DNA of 64,000 nucleotides from a virus (Duplodnaviria; Caudoviricetes): IMG/VR virus record IMGVR_UViG_3300042196_000418; one strand, 5' to 3'. Shown piece by piece: positions 63,640 to 64,000 of this stretch (position 1 is its first letter; each line of letters starts with the position of its first letter). The notes under the pieces were generated by a model. It saw only the letters and a program-made list of their open reading frames with translations, ran no database searches and was not told where the DNA came from. The position numbers and the translations under genes were made by a program.

Positions 63640-64000
63640 ATGAGCGACATCATCATCCAGAGCGAAGCACAGCTGCGCGCAGTGCTCGATCAGATCACGT
63701 TCGCGCCGTCATGCGTGAGCATGGATTGGCAGTGGCAGATCGAAGAGCTGCGGTTGCAGTCCGGCGAACTGCGCGGCTGGCTCGTCAACACCACGTTCCG
63801 CCGCCCCGACACGCACACCGGTGAGATCGGCATCGGCGCCGGACGCCAGGAGCTGATCGCCTACGCCGCGAGCGAGTCGGCCGTGGTGAAGACGTGCTGG
63901 CTACTCGCCGAGCTGATCGTGCGCCACGAGCTGATGGAGGCATTTCTCTATCGCGGCGTGCGCATCTTCAACCCGCACCACTCGGTCGACGAGCTGTCGA
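63640..64000 (+). CDS. Hypothetical phage protein, truncated by the window edge
   Basis: Open frame MSDIIIQ...HELMEAFLYRGVRIFNPHH. Confidence 0.6.
   Translation, partial: MSDIIIQSEAQLRAVLDQITFAPSCVSMDWQWQIEELRLQSGELRGWLVNTTFRRPDTHTGEIGIGAGRQELIAYAASESAVVKTCWLLAELIVRHELMEAFLYRGVRIFNPHHSVDELS

Larger units (their letters stand above)
32075..64000 (+). mobile_element. Phage-like accessory/early gene region of roughly 75-80 small co-oriented genes, mostly hypothetical
   Basis: Unbroken plus-strand chains with ATGA/GTGA overlaps and GGAG RBSs, many Cys-rich small proteins, and no host core genes. Confidence 0.75.

Overview
This is a GC-rich, gene-dense window from a large phage-like or other mobile element: it has no housekeeping or virion genes and long runs of small overlapping ORFs. 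A myxobacterial-type host is plausible but is only an inference. Positions 1-12142 hold a CRISPR array of about 165-170 units (36-bp repeat, transcribed from the minus strand) that runs off the left edge. It is followed by a leader and a minus-strand type I-C-like operon: cas3, a small ORF, cas5, cas8c (with an internal cas11) and cas7. No cas1, cas2 or cas4 is present in the window. The standout result is that this system is non-canonical: Cas7 is circularly permuted, and Cas3 is full-length but has its key HD-nuclease and SF2-helicase motifs substituted. A leftward arm (19.3-28.4 kb) carries ParB-like, 5'(3')-deoxyribonucleotidase, HD, vWA, HAD_SAK and ClpX-zinc-finger genes, a 48-nt anticodon-less tRNA-like element and a tyrosine integrase. 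The rightward arm (28.6-64 kb) contains five near-identical sigma54-type promoters with paired GGGTR-N6-YACCC upstream palindromes. It also contains a family of small proteins with constant ends (TITDEQIR...ARARCAEILNAR) and hypervariable cores, and several duplicated gene junctions. All calls come from motif recognition by eye; no database searches were run.
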